Under the pieces are notes generated by a model that saw nothing but the letters and a program-made list of their open reading frames with translations, was not told where the DNA came from and made no database searches. A stretch of DNA of 64,000 nucleotides from an uncultured Alphaproteobacteria bacterium (GTDB lineage: Bacteria; Pseudomonadota; Alphaproteobacteria; HIMB59; GCA-002718135). The stretch is from positions 8,759 through 72,758 of the forward strand of contig CACJRM010000002.1 of NCBI GenBank assembly GCA_902595805.1, written 5' to 3'. This document shows, piece by piece, positions 21,140-29,190 of the stretch (its first letter is position 1; every line of letters starts with the position of its first letter). Made by a program: the position numbers and the translations under genes.

Positions 21140-21556
21140 ATGAAAATTAGATTTTATATAAAGATTATAGTTGGTTTATTTATTGTTAAATTTGCATTTG
21201 CAGAAGTTATAGATGTCAATAATGAAGAAATAATAAAATTATCAAATCTTAATATTCCAATTGTAGATGTAAGAAGAAGTGCAGAGTGGGATCAAACTGG
21301 TGTTATTCCAAATAGTATTTTACTAACTTTTTTCGATGAAGAGGGGAATTATAATTTTGATGAATGGTACGAAAAATTACAACTAGAATTAAATATAACT
21401 GATCCAATAATCTTAATTTGTAGATCAGGAAAAAGATCCAAGGTAGTCGCTAATATGATAGATGAGAAATTCAATACTATTATTTACAATGCACAAAGTG
21501 GAATAAACTCTTGGATTAGTAAAAAATTAATAACTGTTGAACATCTAACCAATTAA
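21140..21556 (+). CDS. rhodanese-like domain protein (secreted)
   Basis: Signal peptide and active-site loop ILICRSGKRS. Confidence 0.75.
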   Translation: MKIRFYIKIIVGLFIVKFAFAEVIDVNNEEIIKLSNLNIPIVDVRRSAEWDQTGVIPNSILLTFFDEEGNYNFDEWYEKLQLELNITDPIILICRSGKRSKVVANMIDEKFNTIIYNAQSGINSWISKKLITVEHLTN

Positions 21557-21648
21557 TAAAAATAGAATATTTTTTTTCTTGCTTCTGTTTACCAGCAATT
21601 AGAATCAATTTTTTTTTAAAATTTTCAGATAATTATACTCTAAATAAT

Positions 21649-22257
21649 TTAAGCTTTTACAAATGCATTAAAAGAAAAACATCTTCGCTCGCCATCTTGA
21701 CGAAACGGATGAACATCATGCATTAAAAAAGCAGGAAATAAATACATATCTCCGACACGAGGTTTAAAGGTAATGCGATGTTTTACCAAAGGAGGGCTAT
21801 TACGTGGCATGGAGACACGGCCATCAAAAAAAGAGAGTCTTCCAGCAAAAGCAATCTCTTTGTTATATTTAATAGAATTTGGAACTTCAAGATAACACAC
21901 TCCACTAACATTCCCTCTATGAATATGTGGTGGGTTAAAATCACCAGCAAATTGTCTAACAATCCACGCGCGATCAATTTTAATGGAGGAGGGTTTTGTT
22001 TGAATGACGTTTTTGTAATAAGATTCAATAATGCGGTTAAGTTGTTTTTCTAAACCGCTTCTAAAAAGAAAATCCTTTGTTAAGCGAAATTGTTGCTGAA
22101 CATTTCCCACTAATCTGTGCGAATGATCTAACACTTTACTTTTATGTTTACTGTCAATTATTTTATTAGCATAAGAATTAACTTTATCAGTCAATTTATT
22201 CGATAAATTATATTTACCTATTGTGGGTCCAAAGGGTTTATAATACGTTTCTTTCAT
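21649..22257 (-). CDS. putative 2OG-Fe(II) oxygenase (TIGR02466-like family)
   Basis: NPPHIHRGNVSGVCYLEVP ... GDMYLFPAFLMHDVHPF ... RCFSFNA pattern. Confidence 0.7.
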   Translation of the reverse strand: MKETYYKPFGPTIGKYNLSNKLTDKVNSYANKIIDSKHKSKVLDHSHRLVGNVQQQFRLTKDFLFRSGLEKQLNRIIESYYKNVIQTKPSSIKIDRAWIVRQFAGDFNPPHIHRGNVSGVCYLEVPNSIKYNKEIAFAGRLSFFDGRVSMPRNSPPLVKHRITFKPRVGDMYLFPAFLMHDVHPFRQDGERRCFSFNAFVKA

Positions 22258-22412
22258 AGATTCTTATTTAATAACAGTCTTAGTAAAATCAATTAACTTT
22301 AACACCTTTCATCATCTAGTTCTTCTAATTTGATGAAAACATAGTGAATGAAAAATAAGAAATAATAGAGTATATTTTATAATAAAATTTTTTAATTATA
22401 TTTTAAATTGAT

Positions 22413-23162
22413 TTATTGAATTCTATAAGATGCTTCTTTTAATAAGTTTTCCTCAGGCATCTTAATTTTTTTCTCATTCTTTCTTAATTCTATAAGACAA
22501 TGATCAATGAGTTCAATTTTAGCATTTAAAAATTTAATATTTTGTGGAATAGGGATGTGAATAGGGTATCCTTTGATAAACTCTACATGTAAGTCGTATC
22601 CACCCATATAAAATTCTTTTAAGATTTTACCTTTATTTGAGAGATAATTATTCGATGATTCATGAATAATGGCACTTGCTGTGGAATTATTTCTTTCAAG
22701 AGACTCAAATAAAGTATTATTTTTAATAATTTCCATTGTGTAGGGATAGAGTTCCAATTTTTTCATATCACTAAAGGATAGCTCTTTATCAAAAGGTGTT
22801 AATTGTAACGTTTCTAATCTTACATAATTGATAATTGCTGGTGCATCATCAAAAAGAGCAGCGTAAAGGCTTACAACTATCCTTGTTCCTGTAAAATCAA
22901 CTGTCGTAAGCTCATACCCACATAAACTCACCTCATCTTGTTCATCAAAAACAACTAAAGGATCAAAATAAAATGTTCTTTTAGGATATTCCTGAGCTTC
23001 CGTAATAATAAGTTTGTCATTTCCTTGGTCAAGGGGAAGTTCTTTTTTAATAAATTCTTTGGAACTTAATAATTGATCCCCTTTAGCAGCACCAGCTAGA
23101 AGGAGAACAATAATAAGGAGGGAGAATAGAAAAATTATAATTCTTTTGATAACTGGTGCCAC
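22413..23162 (-). CDS. hypothetical secreted protein
   Basis: N-terminal signal/anchor IIIFLFSLLIIVLLLAGAAKG. No family recognised. Confidence 0.5.
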   Translation of the reverse strand: MAPVIKRIIIFLFSLLIIVLLLAGAAKGDQLLSSKEFIKKELPLDQGNDKLIITEAQEYPKRTFYFDPLVVFDEQDEVSLCGYELTTVDFTGTRIVVSLYAALFDDAPAIINYVRLETLQLTPFDKELSFSDMKKLELYPYTMEIIKNNTLFESLERNNSTASAIIHESSNNYLSNKGKILKEFYMGGYDLHVEFIKGYPIHIPIPQNIKFLNAKIELIDHCLIELRKNEKKIKMPEENLLKEASYRIQ

Positions 23163-23178
23163 TAAAGCTTCTATAAAA

Positions 23179-23230
23179 ATAAAATTTGATAAAAATGAGA
23201 AATGATTAAGGTAATATTAAGATCAAATTA
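23179..23230. repeat. direct repeat copy A (~50 bp)
   Basis: ATAAAATTTGATAAAAATGAGAAATGATTAAGGTAATATTAAGATCAAAT. About 45 of 50 positions match copy B at 23545. Confidence 0.7.
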
Positions 23231-23327
23231 AAATATTCTAAAATACTCAAAGTATGATAAAAGAGAATAGTCCTGATTTAGATACTCTAATTGCTGGGAC
23301 ACTAAACAAAACGCTAAAGGAGATATA

Positions 23328-23516
23328 ATGTTCAACTTTAAATTATATTTTGCAAAATCTATTAGAGATTTTATTAATCAACGAGAAAAAAAAGAAGGTA
23401 TTAAAAATATTTTTTTTAAAAAATTAGATAAAAACTTTCTAGAACTATCAAGAGAAGAACAACTTCAAAGGTTAATAAAAATTTTAGAAGAACAAGGTTT
23501 TAAACTGAAGAAATAA
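23328..23516 (+). CDS. hypothetical small protein (62 aa)
   Basis: AAAGGAG RBS 6 nt upstream and a terminator hairpin downstream. Lysine-rich. Confidence 0.45.
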   Translation: MFNFKLYFAKSIRDFINQREKKEGIKNIFFKKLDKNFLELSREEQLQRLIKILEEQGFKLKK

Positions 23517-23524
23517 TTTAATAA

Positions 23525-23544
23525 GAGAGGCATACATGCCTCTC
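23525..23544 (+). terminator. terminator hairpin
   Basis: Stem GAGAGGCA / TGCCTCTC with a 4-nt loop, directly after the stop at 23516. The T-tract is weak. Confidence 0.45.
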
Positions 23545-23598
23545 ATAAAATTTGATAAAAATGAGCAATCATTGGGGTAATATTAAGAACAAATCTTA
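23545..23598. repeat. direct repeat copy B (~50 bp)
   Basis: ATAAAATTTGATAAAAATGAGCAATCATTGGGGTAATATTAAGAACAAAT. See copy A. Confidence 0.7.
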
Positions 23599-23623
23599 AT
23601 CTAAACATAATTTAAACCCGAAT

Positions 23624-24469
23624 TTGCCTAAATTAATAAATACAAATATTTTTGTGGCACTGAGTCTAAAAAATATTCATTATAAAATTATAAAATTAAT
23701 CATTTTAAAACTCCTCTTAAGTGCCACACCTTTATTAGCTCATTACGAACTACCAAGAGAGATTGATTTAATGATGATAGAACATGATTTAAATAAATGC
23801 TCCAAAGGTAAAATTGATAGTTATTTTTTTCATAAAGAAAAAAATCCAGATTATTGGCTAGGAATCTATACTAGTTCTAATCTTGATTTAGAATGTTTAA
23901 GGGAACAATTTCAGAATAAGATTACTAATTACCCAGTTAATTTTCTAAACAACCCTAGGATAAAAGTTTCACATGATTTGAGCTATTATAAATCTTACAT
24001 TACAAATTTTAATAGAGTAGTTTGTGGTGAAAGATGCTATCTTGATGAAGATTCAATTTTATTTGTAGATGATAATTATTGGTACATCTATGATTTATAT
24101 AATTCTTATGGACACAAAGCGAATTTTATAAAAACTTTGGATAATAAAATCCATATTCAATTATTAGAGTCAACTCATATTAAAAATATTGTATTTGATA
24201 TTGTTACTAAAGATTTTTTATATCTTTATGATGGAATATTAGAATTTCATGACGATTATTATATTGCCACACATTCTAAAAGCTATTTTTATGGAGGAGG
24301 AGCCTTTTGGTATTCGGCTAAAAGAGATTATCAAAATAATATTTTAGAGTTAATTGATTTAAAAACCAACTTTTCAAATTGTGAAGATACAAAATTATAT
24401 TCTTGGTCTGGTCAATTATATGATTTTATTTTGGAAACTAATAATTTACAAAATTGCAGGGAGCATTAA
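23624..24469 (+). CDS. hypothetical secreted protein
   Basis: TTG start. Hydrophobic N-terminus. Y/N/D-rich. No family recognised. Confidence 0.5.
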   Translation: MPKLINTNIFVALSLKNIHYKIIKLIILKLLLSATPLLAHYELPREIDLMMIEHDLNKCSKGKIDSYFFHKEKNPDYWLGIYTSSNLDLECLREQFQNKITNYPVNFLNNPRIKVSHDLSYYKSYITNFNRVVCGERCYLDEDSILFVDDNYWYIYDLYNSYGHKANFIKTLDNKIHIQLLESTHIKNIVFDIVTKDFLYLYDGILEFHDDYYIATHSKSYFYGGGAFWYSAKRDYQNNILELIDLKTNFSNCEDTKLYSWSGQLYDFILETNNLQNCREH

Positions 24470-24738
24470 TGGAATCTTTATCAAGGGTTATTTTATTTTT
24501 AACATCCTATTTTATTGTTTTAGCTTTATCTTTTAGTATCAATATAGAATTTGAATATTTACAAAGTGGATTATTCTTATTCATTTCTATAATTATAGCA
24601 TCGTGGCTGTATTATTTACATTTTAAGAAAAAAGAAGCTCCAGAATTTCAAAAAGAAGTTTTGTATGTCATGTTTTTTCTCTGTCTTGTAACATCTACAT
24701 GGTCATTTAAATTAAATTATTTTCATTTGTATGATTAA
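24454..24738 (+). CDS. hypothetical small membrane protein
   Basis: Three hydrophobic segments. Overlaps neighbours on both sides. Confidence 0.4.
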   Translation: MQGALMESLSRVILFLTSYFIVLALSFSINIEFEYLQSGLFLFISIIIASWLYYLHFKKKEAPEFQKEVLYVMFFLCLVTSTWSFKLNYFHLYD

Positions 24739-25024
24739 TAATTTCTGGTTGTATTTCTTAATTACACCTGTTGTAGTCTCTATTATAGCTCTAAACTCTT
24801 TGTTTGTTCATAAAAGCCCAAGCACACCAGTATTTGAAAATGCTTTAGAATATTGTCAAAGTGTAGATAATAATTATGTTTATAGTGATCAAGGAACTGC
24901 TCAAGATATTTGTATCGATGAATATATGAATGCTCCCTGGGCATTAGAGTTAGTTATAAAAATATTCTTACTATTTGGATTTATTTTTATTGTACCACTC
25001 ATATTTTATTTGAGATCTAGATAA
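24731..25024 (+). CDS. hypothetical small membrane protein
   Basis: N- and C-terminal TM segments. Confidence 0.4.
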   Translation: MINNFWLYFLITPVVVSIIALNSLFVHKSPSTPVFENALEYCQSVDNNYVYSDQGTAQDICIDEYMNAPWALELVIKIFLLFGFIFIVPLIFYLRSR

Positions 25025-25029
25025 TAAAT

Positions 25030-25863
25030 TTACCATTTTAAATTTAACATTATATCAAAGGGCTTATAGGATTGTCTGACAATATTGATACTATAATTAA
25101 ATCCTTTAAATGTTTTTGAAAGTCTTTCACTTATTGATTCATTTTCTATAATTTTATTTATTTCCTCATTTGAATATTTCATGAGAACATAATTTGATGT
25201 TATTGTTTTACTCATAGAGTAATTGATATTATTTTTACCTTTTTTAGCAGCTAATAAAGTGTCGTTTCTATAGTTTCTTGAAATACTATTTATAAATGAA
25301 TGCATTAAAAGTGATAACTGGTTTTCTTTTTTTTCTAATTTTATTCTTTGTTCTTTTTCCTTATTTCTTATAGCATCTGAAGTAATTTCTCTTAGCTGTA
25401 AAATAAAATCATCATCGGACAGAGATATTATTTTATTATCATTTTCATTTAAAATATTTTGATTTTCCGTTTGAATATTTTTTAAAAAATATTCTTCTTG
25501 TCTTTTCTTCTTAAAATCTGGAAGTTCGTTAATAGGGGCGGTAGAAATGTTTCTTTCAAATAAGAAAAGAACATTTTTTAAATCACTTGGAAATATTTTT
25601 AGCAATTCTGTTTGATCAATATTTCTTTGACTATTTCCAATAGCGTAAGAATAAATATTTTCTTGATTGGTTGGATAAATGCGTATTGAACTTCTGATAC
25701 CTGGCTTTCCAAAAATAACATAAAGCCCAGGCCCTTCAGATGCCCTTACAAGCTTTACGTTACTATTTGAATTAATTGTTAAAAAGATATTCTCTATTTG
25801 CTGTTCTAATTTTGTAAAATTGTCAGTTATTTGCATTTCAATTAATAAATTATTTAATAACAA
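25030..25863 (-). CDS. hypothetical protein (last gene of minus-strand operon)
   Basis: 277-aa ORF (alternative start at 25834). No motif recognised. Confidence 0.55.
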   Translation of the reverse strand: MLLNNLLIEMQITDNFTKLEQQIENIFLTINSNSNVKLVRASEGPGLYVIFGKPGIRSSIRIYPTNQENIYSYAIGNSQRNIDQTELLKIFPSDLKNVLFLFERNISTAPINELPDFKKKRQEEYFLKNIQTENQNILNENDNKIISLSDDDFILQLREITSDAIRNKEKEQRIKLEKKENQLSLLMHSFINSISRNYRNDTLLAAKKGKNNINYSMSKTITSNYVLMKYSNEEINKIIENESISERLSKTFKGFNYSINIVRQSYKPFDIMLNLKW

Positions 25864-25895
25864 CCACTTTCAAAATTCAACAAAAAGGTTCGTTG

Positions 25896-26468
25896 TTATA
25901 TCCCTTTTGTATCAAACTCTATTTTCATGTTTTCTATTTCCAGTAACTCATCTTCATCATTATCTTCGTCAATTTCCATATTAAATTCAGGCCTTGGAAG
26001 CCTAGAGAGTGATATTTCTAGTGTTTTTAGAGTATCTGATGTTCCAAAACTAATTAAGTCAAGCTGCGTATCAAAATGATCTTGATTATCGATAAATTTA
26101 GCAAATTCTGGCTTGAGAGGGACTACTGTATCTGGCCTTTTACTGAAATGAATTGATTTCCATACATCGCTTCTTTCATGACTGTCCATTTCGTAAGAAT
26201 TCCAATATTTTTGATATAAATGCTCCTCAATTTGATTGGCTATATCTTGTGCAGCCCAAACAGGTATTAATTTCTTTGATTTAGCCGTAATAATATCAAT
26301 TTCTCCGGTTTTACCATCTTGAATAACAGTATAATTGTCAAAAAGATCATTTGCTAAGACAGGTACAATGGTAAAATGACTATCATTATGAAATAATTCA
26401 TGTTTTTCAATAATTAAATTTTGTTTTTTAATACTATTTCTAAGGCTTATACCAAACAAACAATCCAT
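25896..26468 (-). CDS. hypothetical protein with acidic C-terminal tail
   Basis: 190-aa ORF with an EIDEDNDEDELLEIE tail. No family recognised. Confidence 0.55.
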   Translation of the reverse strand: MDCLFGISLRNSIKKQNLIIEKHELFHNDSHFTIVPVLANDLFDNYTVIQDGKTGEIDIITAKSKKLIPVWAAQDIANQIEEHLYQKYWNSYEMDSHERSDVWKSIHFSKRPDTVVPLKPEFAKFIDNQDHFDTQLDLISFGTSDTLKTLEISLSRLPRPEFNMEIDEDNDEDELLEIENMKIEFDTKGI

Positions 26469-26473
26469 TTTTT

Positions 26474-26653
26474 CTATATTTCCCTTGTTATCACAGGTTT
26501 ATAGCCTGTTTCTTTATCCAGTTTCTTTTTATAGTACTCATAATCCATAAACATTACGGCGACTCCGCTTGCACAAATAGTAATCACAAGAGTGACGACT
26601 ATAATTGTCAAAAAATAGAAAATATTTCTGTCTAGTTCTAGATTAAAACGCAT
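26474..26653 (-). CDS. small single-TM protein (59 aa, below ORF-track cutoff)
   Basis: Minus-strand ATG at 26653-26651 and TAG at 26476-26474. Translation is MRFNLELDRNIFYFLTIIVVTLVITICASGVAVMFMDYEYYKKKLDKETGYKPVITREI. It fills the gap between flanking genes exactly (1-nt and 5-nt spacers). Confidence 0.4.
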   Translation of the reverse strand: MRFNLELDRNIFYFLTIIVVTLVITICASGVAVMFMDYEYYKKKLDKETGYKPVITREI

Positions 26654-26654
26654 A

Positions 26655-26960
26655 TTAAAAACCTGTTATCATTCGAAAGGTTAAACTGAGTGTAATAAAA
26701 ACACTCATAAGAAAGAATAGGGGGATGATACTTTTAGGCTCAAATAACATTGCCAATGTTTTCAAAATAAAATGTCTCAGAAATATTAGTCTTAAAAGGA
26801 ATTTTGAATAAGAAATATGCCAATAAATTTTTAAAAGATCATTAACCTTGAACGGAGAAAAATATTTCCAAAGACGCGATCCCTTTATGACATGATAACG
26901 AAATGAGCGGTCAAGCTTTGATAATTCTTTTCTTTCCTCGGTTGTTAGTAATTTTTTCAA
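26655..26960 (-). CDS. hypothetical protein with C-terminal TM segments
   Basis: TTG start overlapping the upstream TGA stop (TTGA). Basic N-terminus and a hydrophobic C-terminal half. Confidence 0.5.
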   Translation of the reverse strand: MKKLLTTEERKELSKLDRSFRYHVIKGSRLWKYFSPFKVNDLLKIYWHISYSKFLLRLIFLRHFILKTLAMLFEPKSIIPLFFLMSVFITLSLTFRMITGF

Positions 26961-28042
26961 TTATGACTTTCTATTTTTGGTATATCCAAACTTTCAATCC
27001 TTTTGATTGAATTTCCTGCAATTCCCTTAAGAGATCCATAAATATTAGAAGTACTTTTTACGAGAATGGATAATTCCTTTTCTCTTTTCTTCCATTGAGT
27101 TTGGTGCTGTCGTATTTCGCTATCCAAATCATCTTGAAGCTTCATGAAAGTACCAACAATGCTTTCCATCTCCTGGCGAAACTCGTGTCCGGTTACATAA
27201 TTATATATTAGTGATGTTTTATCAGTCTTATTAAGCTGTGTTCCAATTACATTATTTACTTCCAATATCATGAGACGAAGTGAATTGATGAGAAACTTGA
27301 ACTGTGTAAAGGTACAGATCCATACACCATTTAATTGTTTCCCGATTACATGATTTTTAGGGAGTACATCGGTAATAATAACAGCAATCATGCAACCGGA
27401 ATTTTTTGCGTCTTCTTTCACCTTATTGATCCATGAATTCTGAAAATCTTTCGCTCTTTTACTTTCAATACACATTTTGCCGGCAACATTGTCCTGAAAC
27501 ATAACTTCATGAATTACATCTGCACCTCTTGCACCTTTTTTAATTTCGGTAATAACATCTTCTGGAAATTCTTGACGAAGCCACTCCTCAATTTTTAATT
27601 CTTGCGCTTCTCCCTGAAGTTGTACCGATCCCTGGTTGGCACGTGTTTGCATTTTCATCATATCATTTTTCATTTGTTCAATTTGAATGTCTTTTTCTTT
27701 AATAGTTGTTTCTTTTTTATCGAGTTCTTCTGTTAGTTTTTCCTCATATTTTACTGCAATATCACTTTCCAATTCCTGTTTTTGACGCTCAAGAGATTTA
27801 ATTCTTGATTTCATTCTATTCTGATCAACAAGTTTCTTTGAATAATTTTCAAGTTCATGATCCTTCTCAAGAAGTTCATCAGAATATTCTTTTTCTATTT
27901 TTTTTCGAAGAGTAGTTTCATTTTCTTTTTTAAACTTTGTCATTTCTTTTGATACATACGTATCAATAATAGCCTGCTCAATATTGACGTCCTTGCTACA
28001 ATGGGGGCAAGTTATATGTTTATTATTATTCTTTTCTACCAT
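26957..28042 (-). CDS. DUF2130-family protein (N-terminal CxxC, long coiled coil, C-terminal PD-(D/E)xK-like domain)
   Basis: ITCPHCSKDV, then about 130 aa of E/K-rich coiled coil. This is followed by EEWLRQEFPEDVITEIKKGARGADVIHEV...GKMCIESKRAKDFQNSWINKVKED, the conserved DUF2130 core with a D...E-x-K arrangement. I prefer the ATG at 28042 (TAATG coupling) over the GTG at 28054. Confidence 0.75.
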   Translation of the reverse strand: MVEKNNNKHITCPHCSKDVNIEQAIIDTYVSKEMTKFKKENETTLRKKIEKEYSDELLEKDHELENYSKKLVDQNRMKSRIKSLERQKQELESDIAVKYEEKLTEELDKKETTIKEKDIQIEQMKNDMMKMQTRANQGSVQLQGEAQELKIEEWLRQEFPEDVITEIKKGARGADVIHEVMFQDNVAGKMCIESKRAKDFQNSWINKVKEDAKNSGCMIAVIITDVLPKNHVIGKQLNGVWICTFTQFKFLINSLRLMILEVNNVIGTQLNKTDKTSLIYNYVTGHEFRQEMESIVGTFMKLQDDLDSEIRQHQTQWKKREKELSILVKSTSNIYGSLKGIAGNSIKRIESLDIPKIESHN

Positions 28043-28146
28043 TAAAAAAACCACTCAATAATGAAGTAGATAACCACTACAAAACCAACAAGAGATATAA
28101 TGACAGAGAGACAGCTACCAAATAAACCAAAAATAAAATTTAACAT
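28042..28146 (-). CDS. 34-aa hydrophobic micro-ORF (candidate TM peptide)
   Basis: Translation MLNFIFGLFGSCLSVIISLVGFVVVIYFIIEWFF. Its ATG overlaps the upstream TAA by 1 nt (TAATG), and its TAA overlaps the downstream ATG by 1 nt (TAATG). Confidence 0.3.
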   Translation of the reverse strand: MLNFIFGLFGSCLSVIISLVGFVVVIYFIIEWFF

Positions 28147-29099
28147 TATAGTTCATTCCTCATTTGTTTAGAAAAACAGGTAAAGTGTATAATCTTGTCA
28201 TCAAGCATTAGAATTGTTGCACAAATATCATTTGTATTAATTGTAAACAGATTGCCCAATCCGGAATTCTTACATTGCTTAGCAAGAGAATTATCAGCAT
28301 CATGAATAATTTTCTTTGCATCATCAAGACTTGGTTGATTATTGTTTCGATTTTTTCTTTCGATTGCATCGAGCGCATAACTTTTAAGAAGTTGTGGGTA
28401 TAAAGAAGCAAACAATTGATGACTTGAGAATAATTCAAAACCAAGAACACAGTTACCTATGGCAAAGATACAGCCAACTGCATTCTCAGGCATCGTTAGT
28501 TCTTTTTCAAATTCTGCTAAAATATCTTCCTTATTTTTATAAATATCCTGCATACTCTCACTGGAAGAGTAGTCATTAAAGCTTGAGAATTTTCTATTTA
28601 TTTGTTCCCAGGTTTGTTGTTGATCAGCAGATTTATCATAACTTTCATTTGAAGACTCATTTGCTCTTTGACTCATTGTTTCCATTTTGGAAAAACGTGC
28701 CTTGGCAAACATTGAAGAGTCTCTTGAGGCAAATTCTCTGTCAGTTCTACTCCAGCGTCCTCTTTCACTACATAGAACGCTAAGTTTCATTGTGCTTGTT
28801 TCTGGAATAAGAGTTGAAACAGTAATAATTCTATTTTGTTTTAGTTTTTTACCAGTAATTGTCTGACCGTCTATAATAAATACTGGTGTCAAATTTCTAT
28901 TATGAACATTTAACGAGGGGACAGAGCCTTGGTCAGAAATTTCAGATACCTCTAAACTTTCATCATTTATAGCCTGATGAAATGTGATCAGATTATCAAG
29001 GTTATTTCTTCCAATAATGGGGAATACACTTAGGTTTTTATAATTTTTACAATTATCAATTAGGGTTTCCTGAAGAGTAGTATTTTGTTTGGTTATCAT
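28146..29099 (-). CDS. DUF6569-like protein (first gene of minus-strand operon)
   Basis: Pattern LSVFPIIG...LEVSEISDQGSVPSLNVHNRNLTPVFIIDGQTITGKKLKQNRIITVSTLIP...LSVLCSERGRWS matches my memory of the DUF6569 conserved core. The family name is recalled, not searched. Confidence 0.55.
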   Translation of the reverse strand: MITKQNTTLQETLIDNCKNYKNLSVFPIIGRNNLDNLITFHQAINDESLEVSEISDQGSVPSLNVHNRNLTPVFIIDGQTITGKKLKQNRIITVSTLIPETSTMKLSVLCSERGRWSRTDREFASRDSSMFAKARFSKMETMSQRANESSNESYDKSADQQQTWEQINRKFSSFNDYSSSESMQDIYKNKEDILAEFEKELTMPENAVGCIFAIGNCVLGFELFSSHQLFASLYPQLLKSYALDAIERKNRNNNQPSLDDAKKIIHDADNSLAKQCKNSGLGNLFTINTNDICATILMLDDKIIHFTCFSKQMRNEL

Positions 29100-29190
29100 T
29101 CTTTTCCTTTTCTGGTATGAAGAACAATAATAAAATTTTTAATCTTCTCTAGTGGTGGAAAGAATTTTTTTTTTTGCTATTGTATATTAA

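Noticed and set aside
23186-23217. A sigma-70 promoter inside repeat copy A (TTGATA ... TAATAT).
   Set aside because: The spacer between the two hexamers is 20 nt, outside the 16-18 nt range. No better-spaced pair was obvious.
28043-28054. GTG start at 28054 for the DUF2130 gene (MVFL extension).
   Set aside because: The ATG at 28042 is coupled by a TAATG overlap to the upstream 34-aa ORF and begins just before the conserved CxxC. The 4-codon extension would overlap that micro-ORF. This remains uncertain.
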